DNA of 64,000 bases. Origin: Eledone cirrhosa. Lineage: Eukaryota. The translations under genes and the position numbers were made by a program. Numbering within the stretch: position 1 is the first letter of the stretch; every line of letters starts with the position of its first letter. Location of the stretch: the NCBI GenBank assembly GCA_964016885.1, contig OZ024743.1, positions 103,912,001 to 103,976,000 of the forward strand, read 5' to 3'. Below the pieces are notes generated by a model that was given only the letters and a program-made list of their open reading frames with translations, was not told the origin of the DNA and did not search any database. Positions 26,882 through 41,844 of this stretch are shown here, piece by piece.

Positions 26882-26934
26882 TATATATACATATATATAT
26901 ATACACATATATATATACATATATATATATACAC

Positions 26935-27003
<69 letters not shown>

Positions 27004-27110
27004 CATATATATATACATATATATATACATATATATATATACATATATATATACATACATATATATATACATATATATATATATACATATATATATACAT
27101 ATATATATAC

Positions 27111-27173
<63 letters not shown>

Positions 27174-27312
27174 CATATATATATACATATATACATATAT
27201 ATATACATATATATATATACATATATATATACATACATATATATATAGATATATATATATATACATATATATATACATATATATATACATATATATATAC
27301 ATATATATATAC

Positions 27313-27359
<47 letters not shown>

Positions 27360-27442
27360 CATATATATATACATATATATATATACATATATATACATAC
27401 ATATATATACATATATACATATACATATATATATATACACAC

Positions 27443-27499
<57 letters not shown>

Positions 27500-27538
27500 C
27501 ACACATATATATATATATATATATATACATATACACAC

Positions 27539-27571
<33 letters not shown>

Positions 27572-27658
27572 CATATATATATATATACATACATACATAT
27601 ACATATATAAATATATATATACATACATATATATATATACATATACATATACATATAT

Positions 27659-27732
<74 letters not shown>

Positions 27733-27924
27733 ATACATATATATATATGTACATATATATATATACATATATATATATGTACATATATATATGTACATAT
27801 ATATATATGTACATATATATATACATATATATATATACATATATATATACATATATATATATATATACATACATTTATATATATACATATATATATATAC
27901 ATATATATATATACATATACATAC

Positions 27925-27955
<31 letters not shown>

Positions 27956-28492
27956 CATATACATATATATACATATATATATATACATATATACATGTAT
28001 ATATATATATATATGTATGTGTATATATATATATATACATATGCATACATATATATATACATATATATACATATGCATACATATATATATACATATATAT
28101 ATATATACATACACATATATACATACATATATATATATATACATATATATATACACATATATACATACATACATATATATATACACATATATATATACAC
28201 ATACATACATATATATATATATACACATATACACATATATACATATATATATATACACATATATACATACATATATATATATACACATATATACATACAT
28301 ACACATATATATATATATATATATATACATACATATATATACATATATATATATACATATATACATATATATACATATATATATATATACATATATATAC
28401 ATACACATATATATACATACACATATATATATATACATACACATATATATACATACACATATATATATATACATACATATACATACACACAC

Positions 28493-28532
<40 letters not shown>

Positions 28533-28559
28533 CACACACACACATATATATATATATAT

Positions 28560-28595
<36 letters not shown>

Positions 28596-28745
28596 AAGGC
28601 GGGTAAAATTCCCGAGATACATGGACGAGTTCTCTCCAGCGTTCTCTATCCCTCATTATCGCTGCCATGTCCTGCATCTCCAATACATATATATATATCT
28701 ATCTATATATATATCTATATATATATCTATATATATATCTATATA

Positions 28746-28818
<73 letters not shown>

Positions 28819-28902
28819 ATATGTATATATATATACATACATACATACTTATACATATATATATACACACATATACAGATATATATACATGCATATACAT
28901 TA

Positions 28903-28935
<33 letters not shown>

Positions 28936-29084
28936 GTATATGTATGTATATATAAGTTGAAAAAAATGAAAACGAAATTTCATTTCTCACTCTTAGTATG
29001 GCACTTACTTAAATGTAAGTATGTATGTATACGTACATACATATATGTATACAGACGTACAGTAGCATGCATATATATATATAT

Positions 29085-29124
<40 letters not shown>

Positions 29125-29798
29125 GCATATATATATATACATATATACATATATATATACATATATATATATACATATATACACACATATGCATATATAT
29201 ATATATACATATATACATATATATATATACATATACACATATATATACATATATATACATATATACATATATATATATACATATACACATATATATACAT
29301 ATATATATATACATATATATACACATATATATACACATATATATACACATATATATATACATATATACACACATATATATATACATATACATATACATAT
29401 ATATATACATATATACATATACATACATATATATATACATATATATATACACATATACATACATATATATATACATATATATATACATATATACATATAC
29501 ATACATATATATATATATACATATACATACATATATATATATATACATATACATACATATATATATATATACATATATACATATATATATATATACATAT
29601 ATACATATATATATACATACATATATATATACATATATACATATACATACTTATATATATATATATATATACATACATATATATATATATATATATACAT
29701 ACATATATATATATACATACATATATATATATATATATATACATACATATATATATATACATACATATATATATATACATACATATATATATACATAC

Positions 29799-29867
<69 letters not shown>

Positions 29868-29900
29868 CATATATACATATATACATATATATATATATAC

Positions 29901-29931
<31 letters not shown>

Positions 29932-29998
29932 CATATATATATACATATACATATATATATACATATATATATATACATATACATATATATACATATAC

Positions 29999-30029
<31 letters not shown>

Positions 30030-30040
30030 CATATATATAC

Positions 30041-30099
<59 letters not shown>

Positions 30100-30200
30100 C
30101 ATATATATATACATATATATATATACATATATATATATATACACATATATACATATATATATATACATATACATACATATATATATATACATATACATAC

Positions 30201-30279
<79 letters not shown>

Positions 30280-30638
30280 CATATATATATACATATATAT
30301 ATAGATATATACATATATATATACATATATACATATACATATATACATATACATATACATATATATATATATACATATATATATACATATATATATACAT
30401 ATATATATATATATACATATATATATACATATATATATACATATATATATATACATACATATACATACATATATATATACATACATATATATATATATAT
30501 ATATACATACATATATATATACATACATATATATATACATACATACATATATATATACATATATACATACATACATATATATATACATATATACATACAT
30601 ACATATATATATACATATATACATATATATATACATAT

Positions 30639-30671
<33 letters not shown>

Positions 30672-30751
30672 CATACATATATATATACATACATATATAT
30701 ATATATATACATACATATATACATATATATACATACATATATATATATATA

Positions 30752-30783
<32 letters not shown>

Positions 30784-30898
30784 CATACATATATATATAT
30801 ATACATACATATATACATACATATATACATACATACACATATATATATACATATATATATATACATACATATATATACATATATACATATATATATAC

Positions 30899-30945
<47 letters not shown>

Positions 30946-30982
30946 CATATATACATATATATATATATACATATATATATAC

Positions 30983-31013
<31 letters not shown>

Positions 31014-31091
31014 CATATATATATACATATATATATACATATATACATATATATATACATATATATATATACATATATATATATACATATA

Positions 31092-31137
<46 letters not shown>

Positions 31138-31237
31138 CATATACATACATATATATATATACATACATACATATACATACATATATATATATACATACAT
31201 ATATATATATACATACATATATATATATACATACATA

Positions 31238-31325
<88 letters not shown>

Positions 31326-31336
31326 CATATATATAC

Positions 31337-31415
<79 letters not shown>

Positions 31416-31449
31416 CATATATATATACATATATATATATATATACATA

Positions 31450-31561
31450 TGTCCTATGCGAGCAAGACAATCACTCTTGCCTCAAGTGGGACTACCCCCG
31501 TCCAAACCCATGCAAGCGTGGAACACGGACGTTAAACGTTGATGATGATGATGATGATGAT
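31450..31561 (+). mobile_element. RTE LINE 3' terminal fragment
   Basis: Inverted, essentially identical copy of 25817-25927. Confidence 0.85.
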
Positions 31562-31668
31562 ATATATATATACATATATATATATACATATATATACATA
31601 TACATATATATATATATACATATATGTATGTATATGTATATATATATATGTATATATGTATATATATG

Positions 31669-31702
<34 letters not shown>

Positions 31703-31875
31703 TATACATACATATATATATATATATACATATACATACATATATATACATATACATACATATATATACATATATACATACATATATATATATACATATA
31801 TATATACATATATATATATACATATATATATATATACATATATATATATACATATATACATATATATATATACAT

Positions 31876-31908
<33 letters not shown>

Positions 31909-32085
31909 CATACATATATATATACATACATATATATATACATACATATATACATATATATATATTTATATACATATACATATATATATATATACATATA
32001 CATATATATATACATATACATACACATACATATACATACATATACATATATACATATATACATATATATATGCATATATATATAT

Positions 32086-32669
32086 GGAGGCACATGGCTT
32101 AATGGTTAGAGCATTGGCTTTGCAATCGAAAGGTTGTGAGTTCAATTCTCAGACAGATGTGTTGTTTCCTTGAGCAAGACACTTTATTTCACATTGCTCC
32201 AGTTTACTCAGCTATAGAAATGAGATGATAGGGACTGGGGACCCTATCATTCCACTGCAAAGTGGTCGTGAATGTGTCACGGCAAAAAAGCACCTAGCAC
32301 TCACTGTAAATGAGGGTGTTAGGAAGGGCATCATCATCATCATTTCATTTTATGTCCACATTTCCCTGCTTGCAAGGGTGGGACGGGAACTGATTCTGGC
32401 TTGATTTCTACAGCTGGATGCCCTTCCTAACACCAACCTCATTTACAGTGAGTGCTGGGTGCTTTTTTGCTGTGGCACCTCCACGCCCACTTTGCAGTGG
32501 AATGATAGGGACCGCAGTCCCTATCATCTCATTTCTACAGCTGAGGAAACTGGAGCAATGTGGAATAAATGTCTTGCTCAAGGAAACAACACATCACCCG
32601 GTCTGAGAATTGAACTCACAACCTTTCGATTGCAAGGCCAATGCTCTAACCACTAAGTTATGTGCCTCC
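32086..32669. mobile_element. tail-to-tail inverted pair of CORE-type SINEs
   Basis: The + copy (32086-32331, tail truncated) directly abuts a full - copy (about 32329-32669). Confidence 0.88.
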
Positions 32670-32769
32670 ACGAAACACGATATTTAGGGTATAAATATTG
32701 AGTTTTGTCATAAGTTAATCACTACCATGACTAAATCTTAACCATCTAATATGTCAGGGTATGTCACTT

Positions 32770-32836
32770 TATTTTATCTGATGAGGACGTAATGTTCAAC
32801 TTAACTCAGTACCTCTGAAATATGTATAATAAAATA
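32770..32836 (+). ncRNA. minimal type I hammerhead ribozyme (copy 1)
   Basis: tattttat-CTGATGA (32778)-stem II-GAAA (32817)-tatgta-TA-ataaaata. Stem I is a perfect 8 bp; stem II is partly decayed. Confidence 0.68.
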
Positions 32837-33352
32837 TAATTGATCACAAGAATATCTATTTTGTTAATATTTTGTATATTGTTTAATTTTGATATAATAT
32901 AATAGTATTAAAAATTCCACGGTATTTAATTGATCGTTTCTACCTGACTTAATATTTGAAAAAAAAGATCACGCATCATGTCCCTCTCTTCTTTTCCTTA
33001 TGCCGTTATATATTCTGCCATCTCTATCTCCCTCTTTGTTTTTAGCTTCATCTCCTTATCTTTTCCCTTTCTCTTCTATTTAGCTCTCTCTTTCTCTCTC
33101 ATTTGTTTTTTTCTCTAATACGGATATTTACATATTTAAATATTTAACATTTATGTACCTATGTGTTTATGTAGTTATTTTATTTATGTATTTATTCTTT
33201 CTACACTTTCTCCTACTCGCCCTCTCCATTATATTTAGTTTGTCATGTTAGTACTTATGGTATATAAATATTGAGTTTTGTTGTAATTAATCACTGCCAA
33301 GACTGGAATTGAACGATCAGCACAGTTGAGGTATGTCATACATCAATTTATG

Positions 33353-33416
33353 TATTTTATCTGATGAGGACGTACTGATAAAACAGCACAGTATCTCCGA
33401 AATATATAATAAAATA
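33353..33416 (+). ncRNA. minimal type I hammerhead ribozyme (copy 2)
   Basis: tattttat-CTGATGA (33361)-gga.gtactg...cagtat.tcc-GAAA (33399)-tata-TA-ataaaata. All core nucleotides present, with a palindromic minimal stem III. Confidence 0.78.
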
Positions 33417-33529
33417 TATTTTGATTACGTGAATGTCTACATTTATTAATATTTTGAATTAATATTATATATATGTATATATCAAAGGCATGTATTGAGT
33501 TAGAAACTCAAAATGCTCTCTTATGTATG

Positions 33530-33566
<37 letters not shown>

Positions 33567-33895
33567 GTATTGAAGTTTGCTTGAAGCATTGTGGAATAAT
33601 GAATTTTTTTTTTTTTTTTTGTCGTTTTGGAAGACAGAGGCCAGCTTTGAGATCAGGTTAGAGTCAAGCTGGTCATGATTGTAACCTGATCTCAACGCTG
33701 GCCTCTGTCTTTGACCGGGTGGTAGTAGTACACTATAAGCCTACGCCCCTTTACCAGATGGACATAAGTCGGCTTAATAATCACCACTTGAGGGCGGCCG
33801 ACCGGGGTAGAAGCTGCTAAATGTTCGGTCGTCCTCATGTCTCTGATTTTCAGCCCCATGGATTTTGTCTATTATATTCCTTTGTTATATTTCAA

Positions 33896-33953
33896 ATACC
33901 TGATGATGTCACCGGATTCATACTGAACCCGGTCATTGAAATGATCATAGTAT
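33896..33953 (+). ncRNA. type I hammerhead ribozyme-like motif, different family
   Basis: atac-CTGATGA (33900)-tg..accgg...ccggtca..-GAAA (33938)-tgatca-TA-gtat, followed by aataaa as in Penelope pLTR ends. Confidence 0.6.
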
Positions 33954-35789
33954 AATAAACCTTTTAAGGAATTACATCAGTCCAGCCTCCTGTTATTTTA
34001 TAATAATTAACTCCGTACTCGCACCACCAACTACACAAACGAAGACGGGTGAGTTGCATTACGTTGAGTGCTCTCCATAATATTACACCAAAGTTGGCCA
34101 TACGGAATGACCAGTTCTATCCAGTGGTAAACCAACAAACCTAAATATATAAAAATAAGGGATACAGTTGTATCCCTTAGAAAGCAGGCTTTGCTAGCAT
34201 CAATTTTTATACATGTTATAAACATCCACTTTATATAAATACCAGGTACGCTTTTCAAACTTTTTTTTTTATATTATCATTTTCCTTATATAACATTCTG
34301 TATAGAACATTCACACTTTTATTCACTATATATATATATAGTTGATAAATACTACTTTTCTACCATAAGTTTCATTCTAAATGGAGCATTCTTTAAACCA
34401 ATGCAAATAGAACCTCAAATACAAAGCCAAAAAAGCCAAAAAGATGAATTACATCTAGCGAAAGCACTGTCTATTTAAGTATTACACAAAAAGCCTAAAA
34501 CCATGGAAAAGTAGTAATATTTCTCAATCATAATAGCTATATCATCCAACATAATGTACTGAGGATTTATTTCTGTTCATGAAACCATATACAAATTATG
34601 TGTATAATTATAATGCATGTGTGTGTGTGTGCGCGCACACACGCACGCACATGCACACATACACACAGAGAAATTAACATCATGACAAAGGATTAATTTC
34701 CATCTTTCCGCCATAATAAAATCTCCTTCATGTTTATTCTGTACGTATATTCTGCAGACAATTAACCATATAAGGATTCATACCTCTATGCATCAGTGCT
34801 GTGTTGAATGTTAAATATGGCTTACACTTGGATTAATTATTTACTGTGGTACAAATAGCTCCTACCTCCTTAATGATTTAAACAAAGAGAAATATTATAT
34901 ATCTATATATATCCGCTTAGTATTGATGGTTGCAAGAATGAATACTCAATACCATAGAAGCGATTAGTATTTTCTTTAAGGTCAAATTGATGACCCTGTG
35001 AAGACACAGCCAAAGCTTTCTCTTTCTCATTGTATATTTTTCGTAACAAAATAGATTGTATGAAACAGGTTTAAGCTACAATGTGCAAATAAGTGGTGTG
35101 GTCGATATTGTTGTCATTGTTGTTGTCATCGACGTTCATTAGCATCAGCAACCTGCTGTATAGCAGCCTTCAAAGGTTGGTGGTGTGGTGTTGTTGATGT
35201 GAACATTGCTGCTGCCACCACCACTGTCACCCTAGTGTGACACCTACCCAACTGTAGCCAGATATAGGCATTAATATTTGATACTCCAGCAGGGTCTGAT
35301 TTAATAAAAAGTATTTGATGTCGTTTATATGGTGTCATCAAAATGTTTCTACGTAGGTAACATCAGATGGTTGTGACATGGTGTGTTTTCCTGTGTGTTA
35401 GCAGACAATTTGCCACTGAAAGAATGGACAAATTCATCTCTATATTTCTGTCTTTCTCTACTACTGTCAGTGCTGAATTGGGCCCAGACCATTATGATCG
35501 AACCCCCGAGCTAATTGATATAAAAAAATTGTCATATCCAATAATGTTCATTTATGGTGCAATCTTTACTTCATTCCTGACTACTTACACTCTGCATGTT
35601 ACAGCTACCTTAACCAGGGCGTACAGAAATACAAACTCCACACAAAACAGAATATCATAAGTGTGCTACCGACGAACCACCTGTAACTATAGTTACACAC
35701 ACATCTACTATATATATATATATATATATTTATATACATATATATGGTATTAGTATTGGTGTTCTGAAATAGCGATGTATGCATGAATG

Positions 35790-36066
35790 TATGTATAGTA
35801 TATTTGGCAATATACTGTATGTTTAATTAAAAACATTTTGAAGACCATTCGGTGTGAGTTTTAAAGTAGTGACTATGTCACTTACTTATTCTCAGCAAAA
35901 GCAAAGGAGTGAGTGGTTTTGATAAATGCTAATGAGCAAGAAACAGGACTGTTGATCACTCTGCTTTTGCCGAGAATAAATAAGTGACAGAGTCACTACT
36001 TTAAAACTCATAGTCTTTAAAATGTTTTTAATTAAACACAGTATATTGCCAAATGTACTATACATA
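35790..36066. repeat. long inverted repeat or foldback (MITE-like)
   Basis: Arms at about 35790-35902 and 35962-36066 are reverse complements (tttggcaatatactg/cagtatattgccaaa; gagttttaaagtagtgact/agtcactactttaaaactc) and are flanked by TA repeats. Confidence 0.8.
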
Positions 36067-36123
36067 TATATATATATATATTTCATATGTAACCGATGTG
36101 CAACCTCGCAGCACTCCATTTTT

Positions 36124-36194
<71 letters not shown>

Positions 36195-39100
36195 TGCTGG
36201 AATTTTTTTTTTTACATATAATTCCAATGAAATAATGCAATGAAACAATGACATAGAGCCCAAAGAAATATCTCTATAAGAGAGGCACAATAAATTATGT
36301 TTAGTATTTATGCCACTGACAAGACTGAAAAATGTAACCAAATGATAAAAAGAACAAAGGAAAAAAATATAAAAGCAATATCAAAAATTACATAGAAATA
36401 AAAATTGATGAGCTAAAATTTTAAGCAGCAGTAAAGTATAAAATTATTGAAGCATACTGAAGAAGTTCTAATTTATACAGAACTAATGATTATTTTGAAC
36501 AATATATATAGGAGCTTAGTTAACCGACTGCAAAGCTAAATTATTTTTCCCCTCATAAACAAGATGGCACCAAAGCCTCAATGTTTCAAACGTGAGAGTT
36601 GCATATAAATCACAGAAGAACATGTACCTTAACTTTTAACATCCTGTATCACATGAAGCCACATTAACAAGGCATAAGTACACAACTACATGACATTAAA
36701 AGTCTCTGTTCTAAGACAGCAAATTTTCACAACAATCTGTCCACTAGTAAAATTACTATAAACATTTGAATCAACAAACCCGTTTTTAGACATTTTCTAC
36801 TTTAATGATTTCTACTAAATCATTAAAAGATGTCAATAGTTAAATTGACAACTGGTTGAGTTGAGAAGGAGTTCAATCCTTAATGCAGGTAGTGTTCACA
36901 ACCATGACTTAACTGTCAATGACCCAGCCAACCTAGCTTTAAGTAAGTATGATGAGGAGACATATTTCCATAAGTGTTGATTTTGTATAACACTAATGAA
37001 TTATATGTTGGTTCACAATGCTGAGTCCTAATCCAACCAGGCCACTTCTCCTTCCTATTCAAAGACAAAATCTTCAGTATTGATAACACATTGAAGCACC
37101 AGGCGGCAGTATTTAAATTATACAAGCACTCTACATGTCTACACTAGTAAGTAAATCTGTATAAATGAATGCACATGGCTTTATCATTGTAAAGACATGA
37201 GTTAAATTCCAGGCACTGTACTGTGTTCTTGAGCAAGACACTTTATTTCATGTTGCTCCAGTCCACTCACTTAAAAAAAAAACTGATATGGACCTGTAAT
37301 TCAAAGGGTCAGCCTTGTGATACACTGAGTCATACTGAAACTCCCTGAGAGCTACGTTAAGAGTACATGTGTCTGTCGAATGCTCAATCAACTACTTGCA
37401 TGTCAATTTCTTGAGCAGACTGCTCCATTGTTTGAAAAACTGGAGCACACATTGTCAAAAAAGACAGATGTCTTAAACACACACAGGCACAGCTATATAT
37501 GTCTCGCAGCCAAACATTGTGCCATCTTGACCCTTTCGTTGTTTAACAGTGCTGTATGTAAAATAAGAGTGAAAATTCAGTATTCTTCCAGACAACCCCC
37601 AAAAACTATATTAAATATAACTCTTTTTTTTTTTTTTTCATTTGATACTAAATAGCAGTAAGCAATATAAGCAAATTAACTCTTAACCTCCTGTACCACA
37701 TTAGCATGATATTCTTCAAAAGTATAAACCAGCACTATGACTATCATATTAATACTGCAAATTTTCTCAATTTGTTCACTAGTACTTCAATTTGAATTAA
37801 CAAATAAACTTTTTTTTTTTTAAATATTTTCTACTAAATCATTACAGGATATTAAAATTTAAGGGGGAAAAATGAAAATTTTCAACACTTTTTGTGAAAG
37901 TTCTGGTTCAACTGCACGCATTGCACAATAGTAAATCTAATGAAAGGTAGAGGAGCTCTGTGGTGCCTCTTCCCTTGGTGCCCTAATCACATTTTGTTGA
38001 ATGCTTAATTCAAATCTGATGTCATAGCAATACAGTATTTCATTTTAATATAGGCCTTAAACGCTAATAATACGCTTATTGCAGTGTGGAACCTACAAGA
38101 CTAAAATAATTGAGCCCTGTATTATGTCTCAATAATTAATTTACAAGTCAGTTCTATCACCATAAGGTTACGGGTTCAATTCAAAAACTGGGCAGTACAT
38201 TGTATTCTTGAGTAAAATATTTATTTCATGTTGGTCCTTTTGTCAGATGCTACCAGCTAATAGCATCAGCAATAGAAAGACCAATCTGACATTTGATAGA
38301 TAATATCAACAGTGGAAAGACCGAACAGGAACATTGTTTCCTTGGTCTGATCTGAGAATTGTCAAATAGTATCAACAATGAAAAGACCAATGGAAACATT
38401 GTTTTCTTGGTCCAATCTGGTGATTGGTTCCTTTCCTTTTTTTTTTTTTCTATCACTGTGTAGATAGGCTAACCGTCAACCACATTAATAGGCAGTAGTA
38501 TGTAGTAATTAAAGTGTTGGCTTTATTATCCTGCTTGGCATTAGGAAGGACATCCAGCTGAGAAAAACAAGCCTAAATCAATTCTGTATGAGAAAGACAC
38601 AGGTCATCTGATCTGGCTTTTCTCACAAGACAATTCATCTAAACCATACCAACTTGGAAAAATAGACGTTAAACAGTGATGATGATGATTTGAACCTTGT
38701 ATTGCCATTCTCTACATATTTAAACATAATACCAATAACATTTTGAACAATTAAACTCATTTCACTGCATTAACTTCATGTATTTTCCTTTGAGGGTTAA
38801 GGAATAATTATCAATGAAACAGAGTAAATTTAAACCTCTCTACTTCAGATATTTGTTAGTGTGTGCCACCAGTATCATCCTTTAATGTCTATTTTCCCTA
38901 TTAGCAAGGGGTGGATGGGTCATCATAGGCTGAGTCAATACTTAAGTGAAGCTACTGACCTCTCAGACTGGCAGGAGGCCAGCATCTCACACATTCCAAT
39001 ATTCTACCAGGTGAATTTCATCATGGCACTAACACTAGGGAGGTTGTCATGTCATTGACACAGCTGAAAAGTTTTCCTGACTCTTTGGCAAACTTTTCTA

Positions 39101-39993
39101 TGGCTGGATGCCATTCTTATCACCAACCACTTTACAGGGGGCACAGGATGTGTTTATCACATAGGTCACTAACACGAGAGAGGTTGTCATGTCTAAGACA
39201 ACTGAAGTGTACCCTCACCCTTTTTGGCTTGGTTTTTACAGCAGAATGCCCTTCTGTTCACCAACCACCTCACAGGGTGAGTGTATTCTATCTCACCACT
39301 AAATCATTATAAATTTTTCAAAGATTTGTTATTTTTTATCAAAATCTAATATTTTTTTTTAAAAAGCTACAATCCCATTTTTTTTTTGTTTCTAATGGAA
39401 ACTCTACCCCCCCCCCCCCCCAGCTAATTTAGAATGTTCTTGTCCTATGTCAATAATTATGTGGCAAAGATTCTGAAAAAGGTACATAAATTCAATAAAA
39501 GATTTGTAAGCTGAGGAAACATGAAAAATACCTATTCCCCAAAATATAATAGAAATCAGGCTTATCAATAACAACAATAACAATAATAACAAAAGTAATA
39601 ATAATATTAATAAATATAAAAGAAAAGATAATATACAGATCTTTGTTCCATCAACCAAAATTGTAGTGGTAAAGTTTGCTGAAAAATTACATTAGTTTAC
39701 ATGCAATAGGTAACTAATTAAAGCAAGCAATAAAAACAATTTTAAAAAAAGCAGCAAGATGCAAAAAAAAAAAATAGGTTAGGAAGGGAATTTGAAAAGA
39801 TACAATCCGCTGGGTGGGTTGGGGCTGAGAAAGAGAGCTGTTTGATAAGAACCATCGGTAGCAAGGCAACAACAGCAAGCATTCAAATTGGCTTCTACAT
39901 TTTTTTTAAATGTTGGCTCTTTTTTTTTTTTGCTTTTCATTTATACTTTTCCCCCTTAAAATATGTTTCTTTTTTTTTTCATGATGAACTTAC

Positions 39994-40203
39994 AGTAGTT
40001 GTTTCAATGGTCTGTGTTTTTGAACTATGAGCTTGCGAACTGACCAAAACCCCGTCTTCTGACACAGGCTGGCCTTCTACACCCTCTCTTTGGTAAGACA
40101 CTTTCCTCGTCTCTGTCTTTACTATGGGCACATTCTTGGTAGGTATTGGCTTTTCACTTAAAACTGGGCTATATTTGATACATTCCGTTGCAATTGTGGG
40201 GGG
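39994..40203 (-). CDS. cora: protein 4.1/coracle homolog exon (start of CTD)
   Basis: ctacag|PPTIATECIKYSPVLSEKPIPTKNVPIVKTETRKVSYQREGVEGQPVSEDGVLVSSQAHSSKTQTIETTT|gtaagt, 210 bp, phase 0-0. VPIVKTET and LVSSQ..SSKT are 4.1 CTD signatures. Confidence 0.93.
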
Positions 40204-41773
40204 CTGTAGGAGACGAAAGAAGACTTATTGGAAAAAAGGTACAAGGCAAAAGCGTTAAGCAGGAGGCAAGGTTATGTTATTGCAGAAAGGAGTTGAACTT
40301 TCAGGATGTCAATAAAATATTCAAACCTTCTAGTGCGTTCCAAGAGACAAAACATTCCAAGAAAGTTTTAGTATAAATTTAATTAAATCAAATTTCTGTT
40401 TTATAGAAGTGGTGTAAATATTCATTAAAGAATTAATCGAGCTATTATGGATTGTGTAATTAAGGTTGGAGAGGTGAAGGGAGAATTTACTAATATTAGG
40501 GTTACCTAACTTGATTTTATTTTAAAATTTAACTTTTTAAATTAGAATAGAAACTGAGTAAACACCATCATTTAATGTGTTTTCCCTGCTAGCAAGGGTT
40601 GGATAGGTCATCAAAGACCACATCAACACTGACTGGAGCCAATGACCTGCAGGCAGGCAGATTGGTAGCCACATTTTGCTTAGATATTCTACATGGTGCA
40701 TCTGTCTTTCAAATCAGTTATAATAAAGCATCTAGTAGAATGATTTACTGTTGGCTTCAATTAAACATTGTTTACATTTCATGAAAAATAATATCACAAT
40801 ATTCATTTGTCCAATACTCCAGATATTTTCTGTTTTAGCAAAGTATTTACACAGTTTCAAGAAATATTACATTTGTTGGACACCACTATGTAAAATTGGT
40901 GAGGAATGGATCACTATATTATATATAATTTATAGTAGCAGTTTAATCTTCAAGAATCTGCTATTTTGTGAACCTCTAATTCAAACTAAACTTAATTGGC
41001 TCTTAATCTCTTTGTTAACATATTACTAATAAAATACACTGTATTTGAATTAGGAGTTTGGAAGGATTTAATAGAAATATTATTTATTTATTAAGATATA
41101 TTTGTAACATAAAAGGTTCTCATATAAAATTATGTAGGAAGACTTTAATTTAAATAGGAACCCTTTAAAATATGTGGTTTTATACCATAGAACCAGGGCA
41201 ATTTGGGGTGAATTGCTATACAACCCTGATAAGTACAGAGAAAAAGCTTTTCAGAAGCATTAAACATTTCACAAGTGAATAGGTATTGAGAGTAAAAATA
41301 CCAATATATGCAACTGCTCATTCCTTTTTATTTTTGGAGTGAGATGAAGGAGGAAGGGTCCATTCTATTAGTAATATTCTCATGCTGAACAATACAGAAT
41401 GGAAATAAGGTTAGAAGGAAGACTTAGAGATTGGAGGAAAAAAAAAGCCTTCATTTAAAAAATATTAACAGACAAAAGAAAAATAAATTATTGAAATCTA
41501 ATCAAGTCTGTTAGGATCATGTTTGTCCATATTTCTGAGATGTGTTATTACAAAATAGCACTATTTGAACTATTAACATTAACTATTAGAATACCTAAAT
41601 CTACAGCATATTTTTTTTTAATGAATATATGTATATAAAGTATAATATTCAGAAGACATAACAGTATTTATTACTTGAGTCAAAGAATACAATTATTTTT
41701 TGGGCCCAAGTGATGAAGTTATTTATTACATCTGATGATTATACTTTATTATTAATATATTATTCTGTACTAC

Positions 41774-41844
<71 letters not shown>

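Larger units (their letters stand above)
25336..32085. repeat. about 6.7-kb compound (TA)n/(TACA)n microsatellite array with embedded unique islands
   Basis: Seen directly. Islands at 25817-26170, 28594-28684, about 28955-29070 and 31450-31560. Confidence 0.95.

Noticed and set aside
25201-32173. Very long Y/I/H/T/M/C/V-rich ORFs (up to 1803 aa) on both strands
   Set aside because: They are translations of (TA)n/(CA)n microsatellite, which lacks stop codons; they are not genes.
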